DNA of 64,000 nucleotides from Kiritimatiellia bacterium (GTDB lineage Bacteria; Verrucomicrobiota; Kiritimatiellia; RFP12; UBA1067): NCBI GenBank assembly GCA_017406465.1, contig JAFQYM010000015.1, positions 622 to 64,621 of the forward strand, read 5' to 3'. Shown piece by piece: positions 61,930 to 64,000 of this stretch (position 1 is its first letter; each line of letters starts with the position of its first letter). The notes under the pieces were generated by a model. It saw only the letters and a program-made list of their open reading frames with translations, ran no database searches and was not told where the DNA came from. The position numbers and the translations under genes were made by a program.

Positions 61930-64000
61930 ATGACAAATAGGATCAAATCACTTCTTGACCGCACGTTTGACAAGGAGCAGGCGAAGTTCCGCCGCGATGT
62001 CGACTGGAAACCACTCCTAGAGCGGTTCGTCGCGGAAGGGATAGGCGACGAGGCGCGTGCCAGGATTGGCCTAGAGGAAATGCTTAAATCCGAGCGTCCC
62101 GAGTTTATGGATGGTGAACGTATTGCTTTTCTGCGAACCGTAAAGCAAATCCCCGACTTGCACACTGACGCCGAGATGGACGCTCGGCGCGCTGCAGGCA
62201 CGGCTTTTGGCGAGAAGGGCGTAGTCTTCAACTTGACGGCGGACTTCGCACCGACGATACGCGATGGTCTTGGCGCACGGCTCGCAGAGATCGACGCTCG
62301 CCTCGCAGAATTGAAGGGCCGCCAAGATGGCGGCTCCCCCAGTCAGGGCTGCTCTAACTGGGAGAGCCGGCGTCTCGCCGGCGATGATGCTGAAAGTATC
62401 GAATTCCTCGAGAATGCGCGACTCTCCGTAGAGGCGGTGCTTGGCCTCGTTGAGCGCTATCGCGCAGAAGCCGAGAAACGCGGCCTCGCGGATATCGCCG
62501 CTACGCTTGCGCACGTTCCGTTGAACGGCGCGCGCACTTTCCGCGAGGCGCTGCAGTCGCTTCGCATCCTTCACTACGCGATGTGGTGCGAAGGCGAATA
62601 CCATTGTGGGCTCGGACGTATCGACCAGTATCTCTTCCCTTACTACGACGCCGACATCAAGGCAGGGCGCCTCACGGACGAAACTGCGCTCGAGGAACTT
62701 GAGGAGTTCTTTATCGCCTGCAATCGCGACAGCGACCTCTATATCGGCGTACAGCAGGGCGACAACGGTCAGTCTGTTATGCTTGGCGGCGTCACGCGCG
62801 ATGGGAAGCCCGCGTTCAACGACCTATCGCGGCTTTGCCTTAAGGCCTGCGGAGAGCTTAAGCTCGTAGACCCCAAGATTAACTTGCGCGTCGACAAGTC
62901 TACTCCGCTTGAAATCTACGAACTTGGTACGGAGCTGACGGCAAAGGGGATTGGCTTCCCGCAGTATGCGAACGACGACGTTGTGATTCCAGCGCTTGAG
63001 CGCTGGGGTTACGAGACGGAAGACGCGCGAGACTACTCGGTTGCAGCATGCTGGGAGTTTATTGTACCCGGTTGCGGCATGGACATCAACAACATCGATG
63101 CGGTGAGCTTCGTGGGGTCGCTTGATGCGGCGTTGAGAAATCTCACACAGAGACGCAGAGACGCTGAGGTTTCCTTTGAAGATGTCAAGGCGGAGTTTAA
63201 GACCGAGGTGCAGAGACGGGCTGATGCGCTTGTGGAGAAATACCGCCATGTGGAGATATTGCCTGGTCCGTTCGTATCGGTCATCTCGACGGATTGCATA
63301 AAGAAGGCGAGGGACATCTCGAAGGGCGCGAAATACAACAACTTCGGAATTCACGGAACTGGCATTGCCGTTGCAGTCGACTCTCTTGCGTCTGTGCGGG
63401 AGCTTGTCTTCGAGAAGAAGCTCGTGACTCTTCCTGAACTCGTCTCGCTTCTTGACTCCGACTTTGCCGGACGCGACGATGTCCGCGCCGCAGCAAAGGC
63501 CGCGCCGAAGATGGGCAACGCAGATGCGAGGGCGGACGATCTCGCAAAGTGGCTCATTGACTTCTGGGGCCACGCTTTCGACGGAAAGAGGAATGATCGC
63601 GGCGGAATCTTCCGCCCAGGCACTGGAAGCGCCATGTACTACATTTGGCACACGAGGGATGTGCCGGCTTCGGCCGATGGACGGCTTAAAGGCGAACCTC
63701 TTTCTGCCAACTATGCTCCATCGCTCGACGTGCCGGTGAAAGGCCCGGTGAGCGTGGTTAGATCATTCACGGAGCCAGACCTCGGCCAGGTGTGCAACGG
63801 CGGCCCGCTAACAATAGAGATTCACGACTCTGCGTTTGCAATGCCGGATGGTGTGGAGAAAGTCGCCCATCTCGTGAAGTTCTTCATCGAGCGAGGCGGG
63901 CACCAGATGCAGATCAACACGATAAACCGCGACACGCTTCTCGATGCGCAGGCGCACCCAGAGCGTCACAGACACTTGATCGTCCGCGTCTGGGGCTGGA
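61930..64000 (+). CDS. glycyl-radical enzyme (PFL2/dehydratase-like clade), 3' end beyond the window
   Basis: Not in the ORF track because there is no stop in the window. Hand translation 61930-64000 is open. GIGFPQYANDD, VAACWEF (Cys374-x-Glu), and IVRVWGW at the window end matching the RVxG[FWY] glycyl-radical motif (Gly689). SD aggtgg lies 4 nt upstream. Confidence 0.85.
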   Translation, partial: MTNRIKSLLDRTFDKEQAKFRRDVDWKPLLERFVAEGIGDEARARIGLEEMLKSERPEFMDGERIAFLRTVKQIPDLHTDAEMDARRAAGTAFGEKGVVFNLTADFAPTIRDGLGARLAEIDARLAELKGRQDGGSPSQGCSNWESRRLAGDDAESIEFLENARLSVEAVLGLVERYRAEAEKRGLADIAATLAHVPLNGARTFREALQSLRILHYAMWCEGEYHCGLGRIDQYLFPYYDADIKAGRLTDETALEELEEFFIACNRDSDLYIGVQQGDNGQSVMLGGVTRDGKPAFNDLSRLCLKACGELKLVDPKINLRVDKSTPLEIYELGTELTAKGIGFPQYANDDVVIPALERWGYETEDARDYSVAACWEFIVPGCGMDINNIDAVSFVGSLDAALRNLTQRRRDAEVSFEDVKAEFKTEVQRRADALVEKYRHVEILPGPFVSVISTDCIKKARDISKGAKYNNFGIHGTGIAVAVDSLASVRELVFEKKLVTLPELVSLLDSDFAGRDDVRAAAKAAPKMGNADARADDLAKWLIDFWGHAFDGKRNDRGGIFRPGTGSAMYYIWHTRDVPASADGRLKGEPLSANYAPSLDVPVKGPVSVVRSFTEPDLGQVCNGGPLTIEIHDSAFAMPDGVEKVAHLVKFFIERGGHQMQINTINRDTLLDAQAHPERHRHLIVRVWGW

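Overview
This is a GC-rich bacterial chromosomal window with about 60 protein genes and 3 tRNAs. I saw no rRNA, no CRISPR array, and no recognisable integrase or transposase. All family assignments come from motif recognition by eye, not from database searches. The + strand carries mostly housekeeping and biosynthetic genes: a phoA-like phosphatase, uvrB, tyrA, an aroC-aroD-aroE fusion, serC-thrH, a cell-wall amidase, hydF, yggS, murF, bioD-bioA-bioW/F, valS and ruvA; tilS is on the - strand next to tRNA-Gly/Leu/Ser. It also carries carbohydrate-use genes: an acetylxylan-esterase/GH43 fusion, two Gfo/Idh/MocA oxidoreductases, a tandem esterase and an MFS sugar porter. The window ends with the first ~690 codons of a compact glycyl-radical enzyme. 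HydF plus this enzyme suggest an anaerobe. Between ~20.7 and ~38.95 kb the sequence is visibly AT-richer and looks accessory. It holds a glycan-assembly locus (GT2, GT4, GT8, GT17, DUF4422-like, FkbM methyltransferase, Wzx-like flippase, LamG protein) interleaved with four toxin-type modules. These are a short HipA-like kinase with a 71-aa partner flanked by a 33-nt direct repeat, Phd/RelE, VapBC, and a DUF3990-like / XRE-HTH / bacterial-type PARG operon. The last is my best candidate for an undescribed system, possibly an ADP-ribosylation writer/eraser toxin-antidote or defence module. Three other patterns recur. Extended -10 boxes (TGnTATAAT) sit 6-10 nt from start codons, implying leaderless-type transcripts. 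Short tandem repeats (7-9 nt and 16-17 nt units) occur between genes and in frame inside conserved enzymes. Two secreted thioredoxin-like paralogues are embedded in biosynthetic operons.
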